A DNA stretch of 64,000 bases from the IMG/VR virus record IMGVR_UViG_3300037418_003103; one strand, written 5' to 3'. The DNA is from a virus (lineage: Duplodnaviria; Heunggongvirae; Uroviricota; Caudoviricetes). Position 1 is the first letter of the stretch. The number at the start of each line of letters is the position of its first letter. Made by a program: the position numbers and the translations under genes. Below are positions 47,301-55,550 of the stretch, piece after piece. A model generated the notes under the pieces. It had not been told where the DNA came from. It saw nothing but the letters and a program-made list of their open reading frames with translations, and searched no databases.

Positions 47301-47313
47301 CTTTTTATTTTAA

Positions 47314-47345
47314 TATAAATATTGTGGCAATCTAATATATTTATA
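47314..47345. promoter_or_regulatory. Back-to-back ATATTTATA motifs serving divergent genes
   Basis: TATAAATAT at 47314-47322 (minus) and ATATTTATA at 47337-47345 (plus), each about 13 nt from an ATG. Confidence 0.6.
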
Positions 47346-47358
47346 ATAAAGTCTTTTT

Positions 47359-47838
47359 ATGCCAACTTTTAAGAAAAAATACTTTAAAGAACAAATAATT
47401 AAAAATAAGAAAGAAATTGATGAATTTGTAGATAGTGACGGAGGAATAATTGACGGAGATAGGAATACAACCAGTGATAGTGAAATTGAAACTGGACCTG
47501 TTCAGAAACCATTTAATGATACCACCGACTATGAGAAGGGTGTGTCCACCACAACTGATAGAGCTACTAGATACCGACAAGATATTCCATGGTTTGCCAC
47601 TTATAGCACAGGTGGCGCTGTTCACAGAGTTACAGAAAGTAGAGTAGTAACTAAAGGTAGCATTGATGAAATGATTGAAAGCCTCGTAAAAAAAGGTAAA
47701 GACGTAGATATTATAGACAAGAATTCAAATAATAAATTACAAAAGGTTTTAGATATAATTGAAGACTCAGAATTTGATGACAATAATAAAGCCTTAATTA
47801 AAAAAGCGCTCGATTCAATAAAAAACGATAATAAATAA
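47359..47838 (+). CDS. Hypothetical protein (putative virion/head)
   Basis: 159 aa; first gene of an operon behind the late motif. Confidence 0.7.
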   Translation: MPTFKKKYFKEQIIKNKKEIDEFVDSDGGIIDGDRNTTSDSEIETGPVQKPFNDTTDYEKGVSTTTDRATRYRQDIPWFATYSTGGAVHRVTESRVVTKGSIDEMIESLVKKGKDVDIIDKNSNNKLQKVLDIIEDSEFDDNNKALIKKALDSIKNDNK

Positions 47839-48315
47839 ATGGCTAATTCTGCTTTACAAGGAAATATATACAATATTGATCAGGAATTTCAAGGTTTTCT
47901 TGGAAAGCACATGAGTTACGAGGCGCTTAAGATGAGAGAATCAAGGCTTTCTAAAGCAAAGGATGATGAGGATTTTGATGAGTATGAAAGACTTGGAGGT
48001 GAAGCGACTCATGATTACATTAAAGCCGAGCTAAAGACAGAACGGGACTCTGTATATAACCCTAAAAAAATAGGAATGGATACAGGTCGAAAAAACCAGT
48101 TTATCAGAGCGCACGAAAAAGACAAAAAAATTACCAATGTTACTGATGTAAGCACTGGACCTAAAATGAATAAGGGAAGTATCAATAGGAAGATAATGAG
48201 TAATAAGGAGGTTTATAATGAAGAGCTTTCTCCTGATGCAAATAAATTAAATAAAGAAATAAGTTCTATTAAATATTTAATAGAATATATGAATAATAAA
48301 AATAAAATACTATAA
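47839..48315 (+). CDS. Hypothetical protein (putative virion/head)
   Basis: 158 aa; NQFIRAHEKD; C-terminal LNKEISSIKYLIEYM. Confidence 0.72.
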   Translation: MANSALQGNIYNIDQEFQGFLGKHMSYEALKMRESRLSKAKDDEDFDEYERLGGEATHDYIKAELKTERDSVYNPKKIGMDTGRKNQFIRAHEKDKKITNVTDVSTGPKMNKGSINRKIMSNKEVYNEELSPDANKLNKEISSIKYLIEYMNNKNKIL

Positions 48316-48317
48316 TT

Positions 48318-48677
48318 ATGGCACAAGAGAACGGCGGACAATCAAAACTTGAAAAAGCGGCAATAGCTGCAAGAGATAGTTTGTTGCCAATTAATACTTA
48401 CAATGGCGTTGCGCCAGATAACCAATACTCTTCAACACATACAAGAGCTGTTGCAGATAATTTAACACCTAACGCTGGTAAAGGTACGGGCAACTTTTTA
48501 GATATAGACAACTATGCAGCTGGTAGTGCGTTAGATATTAATGGAAACCCTTCTGTTGCTATTGATGGAGGTCGTAACAAAGCCCTTTCAAAGAACTTCA
48601 CTACATGGGGTTATGATCCTACTCATTCATATAAAGAACCTGATATGAGCGGTAATGAAGGACAAGTTATAATTTAA
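48318..48677 (+). CDS. Hypothetical protein (putative virion)
   Basis: 119 aa G/N/D-rich; YSSTHTRA..D...GKGTG. Confidence 0.72.
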   Translation: MAQENGGQSKLEKAAIAARDSLLPINTYNGVAPDNQYSSTHTRAVADNLTPNAGKGTGNFLDIDNYAAGSALDINGNPSVAIDGGRNKALSKNFTTWGYDPTHSYKEPDMSGNEGQVII

Positions 48678-48689
48678 AACTCATATTAA

Positions 48690-49184
48690 TTGAAACTTTA
48701 CAATATTTTTGAATCTATTATATTAGAAGAAATGGCTAATACTCATTTACTAAATGAGAGTGTTTCTATTGATGCAGTAAATGATGCTATTGAGAATAAA
48801 TATAATGTGAATATTACTTATGACGATTACCCAGATGCAGAAATACCTGTAGCTCCAAGCAAGAGATATATTCAAGTATATGATTATGCTGATACAAAGG
48901 CTAACAATGCCGCAATAAGAGCGTATCAAATATTTGGTGGGTCTAAAACAACGCCTAAAAGTGGTGCGTGGAAAATATTCAGACTTGATAGAATCAGAAG
49001 TTGGCAACCTACTACTGTTAAATTTGCGAGACCGATTCAAACTAAAGCAGCGCCAGGAGTAATACCGCCCTTTAATCCAAGTGGTGATAAAACAATGAGT
49101 ACTGTTCATAATATTGTGGACTTTAATAAAAATAAATTAAATAAAAATAATTCTAATGACCCCAACGCCAGTAAATCTAAATGA
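48690..49184 (+). CDS. WYL-domain-like protein
   Basis: VNITYD...KRYIQVY...AIRAYQ...WKIFRLDRI (WYL-type F.LDRI) and FNPSGDKTM. Confidence 0.65.
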   Translation: MKLYNIFESIILEEMANTHLLNESVSIDAVNDAIENKYNVNITYDDYPDAEIPVAPSKRYIQVYDYADTKANNAAIRAYQIFGGSKTTPKSGAWKIFRLDRIRSWQPTTVKFARPIQTKAAPGVIPPFNPSGDKTMSTVHNIVDFNKNKLNKNNSNDPNASKSK

Positions 49185-49698
49185 GTTACCATTTTTAAAG
49201 AATGCAAGGAAGGTTATGCAAAAAGTAGAAAGTACTTCCCCTAAAGTACTTTCAGAACAGACTCGTGAGCAAACCGAAAGAGAAGATCTCAGTGAGTCGT
49301 ATTCCCAAGAGCCTGTTCGATCATATTCAGATACAGTACAAAAGTCTGGTCTTCCAGAATCAATAAAAAAATTAATGCTTGATAAACCTATTAATCCAGA
49401 AGCAGCGGGTTTTAAATTAAATATAAATGACACTTACAATGAAGCAGACGAAAGGGAAATGCCTCTTCCACAACCCAAACTTAAAACTAAGCAAGGTTTA
49501 ATAAGGGAATCTGCACCACTGCAACGTAATTCTGATTTGATTACAGTTAGTCGAGCTGAATTAGATGCAATGATTAATGAAAAACTACTGGATTTACTAG
49601 CCAAGTCATATAATAAAACTTTGACGGAAGAAACAATCAAACGAACAATAAAATCGTTGATTTCAGAAGGAAAGTTATCTGTAAAGAAAAAAGCTTAA
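49156..49698 (+). CDS. Hypothetical protein (putative head-internal)
   Basis: SGLPESIKKLMLDKPI; several LxE/IxE motifs. Confidence 0.68.
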   Translation: MTPTPVNLNELPFLKNARKVMQKVESTSPKVLSEQTREQTEREDLSESYSQEPVRSYSDTVQKSGLPESIKKLMLDKPINPEAAGFKLNINDTYNEADEREMPLPQPKLKTKQGLIRESAPLQRNSDLITVSRAELDAMINEKLLDLLAKSYNKTLTEETIKRTIKSLISEGKLSVKKKA

Positions 49699-49804
49699 TA
49701 TAAGCAACTTTAATCAGCATTTTTTATTTACTTGTTGCCTTGATAAGTTATACTTTAATATAAAATAAAGGATTAATTATCCTAACCAATTTTATATTAA
49801 ATTA

Positions 49805-51040
49805 ATGTCACAGAAAAAAATTAAAGTCCTTGTTGTACCCTCAGACTATACTGGTGTTTCAAAGTTCAGATCAACCGATCCTCACATAGCTTTAGAAAAG
49901 TTTTTTCCAGATGAATTCTCAATTGACATAGATTACACTCCTCAGTTGGACAATGATGCCTGGCTTAAGCAGTACGATATAATACATTATCATAGAAGTC
50001 TTGGACCTTACGAGAATATTGATTCTGTTATGGGTAAGCTGAAAGCTCTTGGAATAGTCTCTATAATGGACATAGATGATCATTGGTCGCCAGGACAACA
50101 TCATCCAGCCTATCAATTGATTCAGAATAGCGGTTTAAACAAAAAAATACGCCATAACATTAAAGTGGCTGAAAACGTTACAACAACAACAAGCATTTTT
50201 GCTGATGAAATTCGTGATGTTAATAAAAATGTGTTCGTTCTGCCCAACGCAATTGACCCTAACGAAAAACAGTTTAAAATTAATCCAGAAGCGAGTGATA
50301 GAATTAGGATCGGCTTTCTAGGTGGAAGTTCTCATAGATATGATCTTGAAAACTTACAAGGTTTGGTGGGCAAATTAAAATCTCATGATTTGTTAGATAA
50401 GGTTCAGATGGTCTTATGTGGATTTGATTTAAGAGGAACCATGACTCTGATCAATCAACAAACTAAAGAACAAACACAACGGCCAATTAAACCGATGGAA
50501 AGTGTATGGTATGAATATGAAAAAATATTTACTGATAATTATACTTCTATTAGTCCTGAATATAAGGACTTCTTACTTACTTTTAAACAAGAGGAGTATC
50601 CTAATGTTGTAAATGAACCTTATCGTAGAGTTTGGACAAAACCAATTAGTTCTTATGCAAGTAATTACAATTTACTTGATATATCCTTAGCACCTTTAGA
50701 AACAAATTCTTTTAATTCGGCTAAATCACAATTAAAGGTGGTCGAAGCTGGCTTTTATAAGAAGGCTTTGGTTGCCCAGGATTTTGGTCCTTATCAAATT
50801 GACTTGATAAATTACAACTCATTTGGAGGTGGTTTTAATGAAAAAGGTAATGCTATGCTGATAGATCCCAACAAGAATCATAAGGACTGGTTCAAAAGTC
50901 TAAAAAAATTAATCGAGAATCCAGCGTTGATTAAAATCCTGGGTGATAACCTTTATTCTACTGTTAAAGACACGTATTCCATGGAGAGTGTGACCAAAAA
51001 AAGAAGAGAGCTATATCTAAAGTTAATAAATAAACAATAG
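49805..51040 (+). CDS. Glycosyltransferase, GT-B (GT4-like)
   Basis: IMDIDDHW, VLPNAID, RIGFLGGSSH..DL, DISLAPL...FNSAKSQLKVVEAG. Confidence 0.85.
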   Translation: MSQKKIKVLVVPSDYTGVSKFRSTDPHIALEKFFPDEFSIDIDYTPQLDNDAWLKQYDIIHYHRSLGPYENIDSVMGKLKALGIVSIMDIDDHWSPGQHHPAYQLIQNSGLNKKIRHNIKVAENVTTTTSIFADEIRDVNKNVFVLPNAIDPNEKQFKINPEASDRIRIGFLGGSSHRYDLENLQGLVGKLKSHDLLDKVQMVLCGFDLRGTMTLINQQTKEQTQRPIKPMESVWYEYEKIFTDNYTSISPEYKDFLLTFKQEEYPNVVNEPYRRVWTKPISSYASNYNLLDISLAPLETNSFNSAKSQLKVVEAGFYKKALVAQDFGPYQIDLINYNSFGGGFNEKGNAMLIDPNKNHKDWFKSLKKLIENPALIKILGDNLYSTVKDTYSMESVTKKRRELYLKLINKQ

Positions 51041-51142
51041 CTATGAAAAAATTAAACAAAAATAGATTTAGAAATAAGGCATTGATTCGTGAAAGGTCCG
51101 CTATTATCATGCCTCAGTTTAATCACGCATAAACATATCGAC

Positions 51143-51490
51143 ATGACAGCAACCCAGGAATTACTTCAGGAGTATTTAAAGAACCCTGAAAAATATGAAA
51201 CAGAGATTAAAATAATTCTTAATTCTATCAAGACTGAGAATCATACTGAAAAGAATGTTGAGGAGGAAAATGAAGAAATAATAAATAAGATAAAGTCGTT
51301 TGCTAAGGGAGGCCTAGAAATAGACTCGGCAGAGGTAACCAAAAATAAACTCAGTAACACTAATTTCAATAGGGCTCAAAGATTAATGGCTAGAATTGAA
51401 GAAGTTTATGGACGTCATCATTCAATTCATACCCCTGGCCTTGCAGATGAACTAAGTATTTTGCTTAAAGAAAATAAAATTATAGATTAG
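51143..51490 (+). CDS. Hypothetical protein
   Basis: 3' part of ORF 51089-51490; ATG MTATQ at 51143 is the more plausible start. Confidence 0.6.
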   Translation: MTATQELLQEYLKNPEKYETEIKIILNSIKTENHTEKNVEEENEEIINKIKSFAKGGLEIDSAEVTKNKLSNTNFNRAQRLMARIEEVYGRHHSIHTPGLADELSILLKENKIID

Positions 51491-51550
51491 TTGTGAGTAG
51501 CCAAATTAATTGGTATTTTTAGATTAAAATTTACCAAAAACAATTATACT

Positions 51551-52108
51551 ATGGCTTTAAGCGAAGAAAAAATCAAAAAAAATACAAAGAAATATCTTGA
51601 GACAGGACTGGCTAAAGGGTTTATAAACGATGAGCTCATAAATTTACTAGGTCAGACATTTATAAGTGCACCAGCATCTCTTTCATCAGATCAAAATAAT
51701 TCCTTTGAGGGTGGTCTAATTGACCACCTTTTATTAACTACAAAGTATGCTGTAAGCATTAATGATTCCCTACCTGAAGACGAAAGAGTAGATAAGGATT
51801 CTCTTATTAAAGTTTGTTTATTGTATCAAATAGGAAAAACATTCATGTTTGAAAAACAAACATCTGAATGGCATTTAAACAAGGGTATAAATTATTCTTT
51901 TTATAAACAAAATCCTCCTTTGAAGGTTAGCCAATTATCATTATATTACCTGTCTTTATGCGGTATTAAACTAACAATAGAGGAGTACACGGCAATTGCT
52001 AATTTTGATGTGGAAGATCAACAAGTTAAGTACCACAATTCTAGACTTGGCGATTTATTAAGAGCTGGAAATACATTTGCAATACATAAAGAAAAACAGA
52101 ATAAATAA
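51551..52108 (+). CDS. HD-domain-like protein with degenerate metal ligands
   Basis: APAS....NSFEGGLIDH and LLYQIGK align with the APAS..HH..GGL..H / LHDIGK pattern of YhaM-like HD proteins. Confidence 0.65.
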   Translation: MALSEEKIKKNTKKYLETGLAKGFINDELINLLGQTFISAPASLSSDQNNSFEGGLIDHLLLTTKYAVSINDSLPEDERVDKDSLIKVCLLYQIGKTFMFEKQTSEWHLNKGINYSFYKQNPPLKVSQLSLYYLSLCGIKLTIEEYTAIANFDVEDQQVKYHNSRLGDLLRAGNTFAIHKEKQNK

Positions 52109-52587
52109 TGATAAGAGTAAAATTTACAAACAATTCGAATAATCCTGATCCAGTATATTCTCATGACATGGATTCAGGCTTTGACCTCAGAGCTAATGTA
52201 TTTGACATGCTTTACATTCCTGAGAATGATAAGCCTACTGTTTATCTAAGACCTTTGGAACGACTGTTAATACCAACAGGTTTGTTCTTTGAATTACCAG
52301 AAGGGTTTGAAATGCAAGTGAGACCAAGAAGTGGCCTTGCTATTAAAAATGGCATTACAGTTTTGAATACGCCAGGAACTGTAGATAACGCATATACAGG
52401 AGAAATATGCGTTGTGCTTATTAATTTGTCTCAGCACGAATTTAAAATACAACAGGGCGACAGAATAGCTCAAGCTGTTATAGCTCCTGTTTGGTCAAAT
52501 AATATGCTTTCATTAGAAAGAGCAGAAGCAATTACTGAAAATAATGGAAGAGGATCTGGTGGCTTCGGCAGCACTGGTGTACAATAA
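52108..52587 (+). CDS. dut: dUTPase (trimeric)
   Basis: SGFDLRA, QVRPRSGLA, NTPGTVDNAYTGEI, GDRIAQ, RGSGGFGSTG. Confidence 0.96.
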   Translation: MIRVKFTNNSNNPDPVYSHDMDSGFDLRANVFDMLYIPENDKPTVYLRPLERLLIPTGLFFELPEGFEMQVRPRSGLAIKNGITVLNTPGTVDNAYTGEICVVLINLSQHEFKIQQGDRIAQAVIAPVWSNNMLSLERAEAITENNGRGSGGFGSTGVQ

Positions 52588-52610
52588 CAAATTTTAAAAG
52601 TTTAATTAAT

Positions 52611-53642
52611 TTGGAATATTTAGATGATATTAATGACGAGGATATGTATCCTAGTTTCGAAATGCCCGAAATGCTAGAAACGCCCGATGTGCAGCCAATT
52701 GTAGATCTTTTTTTTGATGGTCCCACAAATAAAGTCAACGATAAAAAAGACTATGTTAAATGGATACAAATATCTGAAAAAGGATTTAAACCTGGCTTAA
52801 ACCAAAAAGAATTTTTAGTTATTCCACCAGGAATTTATGATATCAAACATACTAAGGAAGATGGATATATTATTAATGGTAAAGACATTTGTTTAGATGA
52901 GCTGTTTGTTTTACCATCTCCTGAACAGGAACAAATTATGGATGATATCCAAACTTTTTGGGCACGTAAAAAATACTTTGAACGGTTCAAATATACTTAC
53001 AAAAGAGGTATTCTCTTATACGGCCCTGCTGGCAGCGGCAAAAGTAGTATTATAAATCTAGTCGCCAAAGAACTGGTTGAAAAGCATAAAGGAATAGTCC
53101 TGTATCTTAATTCAGTACGTGACCTGGAATATTTTGTTGCATTTATGCCAATGTTAAGGCAAATTGAGCCAGATAAACAAATACTATGTGTATTAGAAGA
53201 TATAGAAGGGTTTGTTGCCTATAGAGAATCAGAAAGCATGCTATTGAATGTTCTAGACGGAATGAACCAAATGGATAATGTTTTTTATTTAGCAACAACC
53301 AATTTCCCAGAAGAATTAAAAGAAAGAATCCTTAATAGACCCTCTCGTTTTGATAGAAGATATGAAGTAGGCTTTCCTAACGAAAAAGTAAGAGAAGCAT
53401 ACTTCAGATTAAAATTAAGTAAAGAAGACTTACCAGATGAGGAATTGAAGAAATGGGTTGAAGAAACAGAAAATTTATCTATTGCACATTTAGGCGAAGT
53501 GGTAAAATCAGTTTTTGCTCTTGGCAATACCTTTGATCAAACAATGGAATTACTTAAGGATATGAAGAAAAAATTGTCTTCTTTTGATTTTAATAAAGAT
53601 AAAAATAATAATATTGGCTTTAAGTCAAGAACTTATAAATAA
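52611..53642 (+). CDS. AAA+ ATPase
   Basis: RGILLYGPAGSGKS (Walker A), VLEDIE (Walker B), LNVLDG, ATTN, RPSRFD; start uncertain. Confidence 0.9.
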   Translation: MEYLDDINDEDMYPSFEMPEMLETPDVQPIVDLFFDGPTNKVNDKKDYVKWIQISEKGFKPGLNQKEFLVIPPGIYDIKHTKEDGYIINGKDICLDELFVLPSPEQEQIMDDIQTFWARKKYFERFKYTYKRGILLYGPAGSGKSSIINLVAKELVEKHKGIVLYLNSVRDLEYFVAFMPMLRQIEPDKQILCVLEDIEGFVAYRESESMLLNVLDGMNQMDNVFYLATTNFPEELKERILNRPSRFDRRYEVGFPNEKVREAYFRLKLSKEDLPDEELKKWVEETENLSIAHLGEVVKSVFALGNTFDQTMELLKDMKKKLSSFDFNKDKNNNIGFKSRTYK

Positions 53643-53645
53643 GAA

Positions 53646-54770
53646 ATGAAATTTGATTTTGATGATATAGTAATAGTACCTGAAACTATCAGTTCTATTA
53701 ATTCAAGAAGTGAAGTAAATCCTTTTGATGAAAATGGAATGTTGCCTATTATGACGGCTCCAATGGATACAGTGGTAGATTACAACAATTTTAAATGTTT
53801 TGTTGATAATAAAATAAATGTTGTAATGCCAAGAATGAACTCAAAAACATTTCATAGTAGTAACAAAATTATTTTTCATTCTTTTGGTTTAAATGATTTT
53901 AAAGAAATTTATATAGATAAAGTTGTTATTAATCCTGACAATGGGCCTATATATGTTCTTATAGATATCGCTAATGGTAATATGTCTAATTTATTTTCAA
54001 TTGCAAATGAGGCAAAAAATAAGTATGGAAATGAATTAGTTCTAATGATTGGAAATGTGGCTAATCCAAAAACTTTTGAAGAATGGTGTAAAGTAGGAGT
54101 TGATTATGTTAGATGCGGGATAGGAAATGGAAATGGTTGTCTTACAACTGCAAATGTAGGAGTAGGTTATCCAATGGGTTCATTAATCAATGAATGTTTT
54201 AAAATAAAACAAAAAAATAATTATAAAACTAAAATTGTAGCAGATGGCGGCTTTAAAAATTATTCTGATATAAACAAAGCATTAGCATTAGGCGCTGATT
54301 ATGTAATGCTTGGATCAATGTTGAATAAATGTTATGAGGCTGCTGGCGAAATTTATACGCCTTATATGTGTGGTAATTGGGATAATTTTACAAAAGAATG
54401 GTGGGAAGAAAACGAAAAAAGATTACATAAAAAACCTAGTAAATTTCCACAATGGTTAACAGAATATTTTTTAATGGATGAAGAGGAACAAAAAAAATAT
54501 TTAGTTAATAATAACGATAATTTATATAAAAAATTTCGAGGTATGTCAACAAAAGAAGTTCAAAGAGATTGGGGAAGAGAAGAATTAAAAACTTCAGAAG
54601 GAATAAGTAAATATAATAAAGTAGAATATACCATTAAAGGTTTTACTGAAAATTTAACGGATTACTTACGTTCAGCAATGAGTTATACCAATTCTCTTAC
54701 TTTAGATGAATTTAAAGGATCTCAATTTGAATTAATTTCAGAAAACGCTTTTAAAAGATTTAATAAATGA
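53646..54770 (+). CDS. IMP dehydrogenase / GMP reductase family protein
   Basis: FDFDDIVIVP, TAPMDTV, IDIANG, GNVA, GIGNGNGCLT (catalytic Cys), IVADGG, ALGADYVMLGS, FRGMS, SEG, LRSAMSY. Confidence 0.88.
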   Translation: MKFDFDDIVIVPETISSINSRSEVNPFDENGMLPIMTAPMDTVVDYNNFKCFVDNKINVVMPRMNSKTFHSSNKIIFHSFGLNDFKEIYIDKVVINPDNGPIYVLIDIANGNMSNLFSIANEAKNKYGNELVLMIGNVANPKTFEEWCKVGVDYVRCGIGNGNGCLTTANVGVGYPMGSLINECFKIKQKNNYKTKIVADGGFKNYSDINKALALGADYVMLGSMLNKCYEAAGEIYTPYMCGNWDNFTKEWWEENEKRLHKKPSKFPQWLTEYFLMDEEEQKKYLVNNNDNLYKKFRGMSTKEVQRDWGREELKTSEGISKYNKVEYTIKGFTENLTDYLRSAMSYTNSLTLDEFKGSQFELISENAFKRFNK

Positions 54771-55126
54771 CGACAAAATTAGAATTAACTATTTTAAATT
54801 TAGAAAACTTATTTAGCATATCAGTTTATGATAAAACATCATCTTGTATAAGTTTTAAAAAAGAAATAAGAAGAAAATTATGGTATGGTAAAGAGATAAT
54901 CACTCCTGAAGGATATTATGGAAAATTTACGGATATAAAATACTCTGAAGAGGAGTTAGAAGATTATTTAATCGAAAATGATATCGTTTATAGTAAGCCT
55001 TATATTAATTTGATGTATCAAGACAAAAAAAAAGTTATTATTAAATTTAATACTTTAGACGAAGCAAAAAAATGGGCTAATGAGGCTTCAATCCATATTA
55101 ATAAAAGACTTACAATAAATAAATAA
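54767..55126 (+). CDS. Hypothetical protein
   Basis: 119 aa ORF overlapping the upstream stop. Confidence 0.65.
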   Translation: MTTKLELTILNLENLFSISVYDKTSSCISFKKEIRRKLWYGKEIITPEGYYGKFTDIKYSEEELEDYLIENDIVYSKPYINLMYQDKKKVIIKFNTLDEAKKWANEASIHINKRLTINK

Positions 55127-55136
55127 ATTTTTTATA

Positions 55137-55535
55137 ATGAAAGGAATATTGGCCGTAAATAATTTGGGAATCATTGGGAAAGGAGACTCCATCCCATGGA
55201 GATGTAATGAAGATTTAAAGCATTTCAAAGAAATGACAATGGGGTGTAATTGTCTTGTTGGCAGAAAGACATATGAATCACTACCACCACTTAAGGGAAG
55301 AAATTTAATAATTGTGGGCAAGGGTTATTTTACAAATATTGAAGAGGCGATTAATAGCGTTGATAAAATTGACTGGGTTATCGGCGGCAAAAGCATATAC
55401 GAGCAAACATGTCATCTCTGGGATGAATTACATCTTTCAGCAATTAATGACAATACTGAAGGAGATGTTGATCTTCCTGACCTTAGAAACTTTACTGGCG
55501 AGACATTTTATTATGTCTTCGATCCTAATAAATAA
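55137..55535 (+). CDS. folA: Dihydrofolate reductase
   Basis: IIGKGDSIPW..EDLKHFK, VGRKTYESLP, LKGR, VIGGKSIY, EGD. Confidence 0.93.
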   Translation: MKGILAVNNLGIIGKGDSIPWRCNEDLKHFKEMTMGCNCLVGRKTYESLPPLKGRNLIIVGKGYFTNIEEAINSVDKIDWVIGGKSIYEQTCHLWDELHLSAINDNTEGDVDLPDLRNFTGETFYYVFDPNK

Positions 55536-55550
55536 AACAAAAATTCATAA

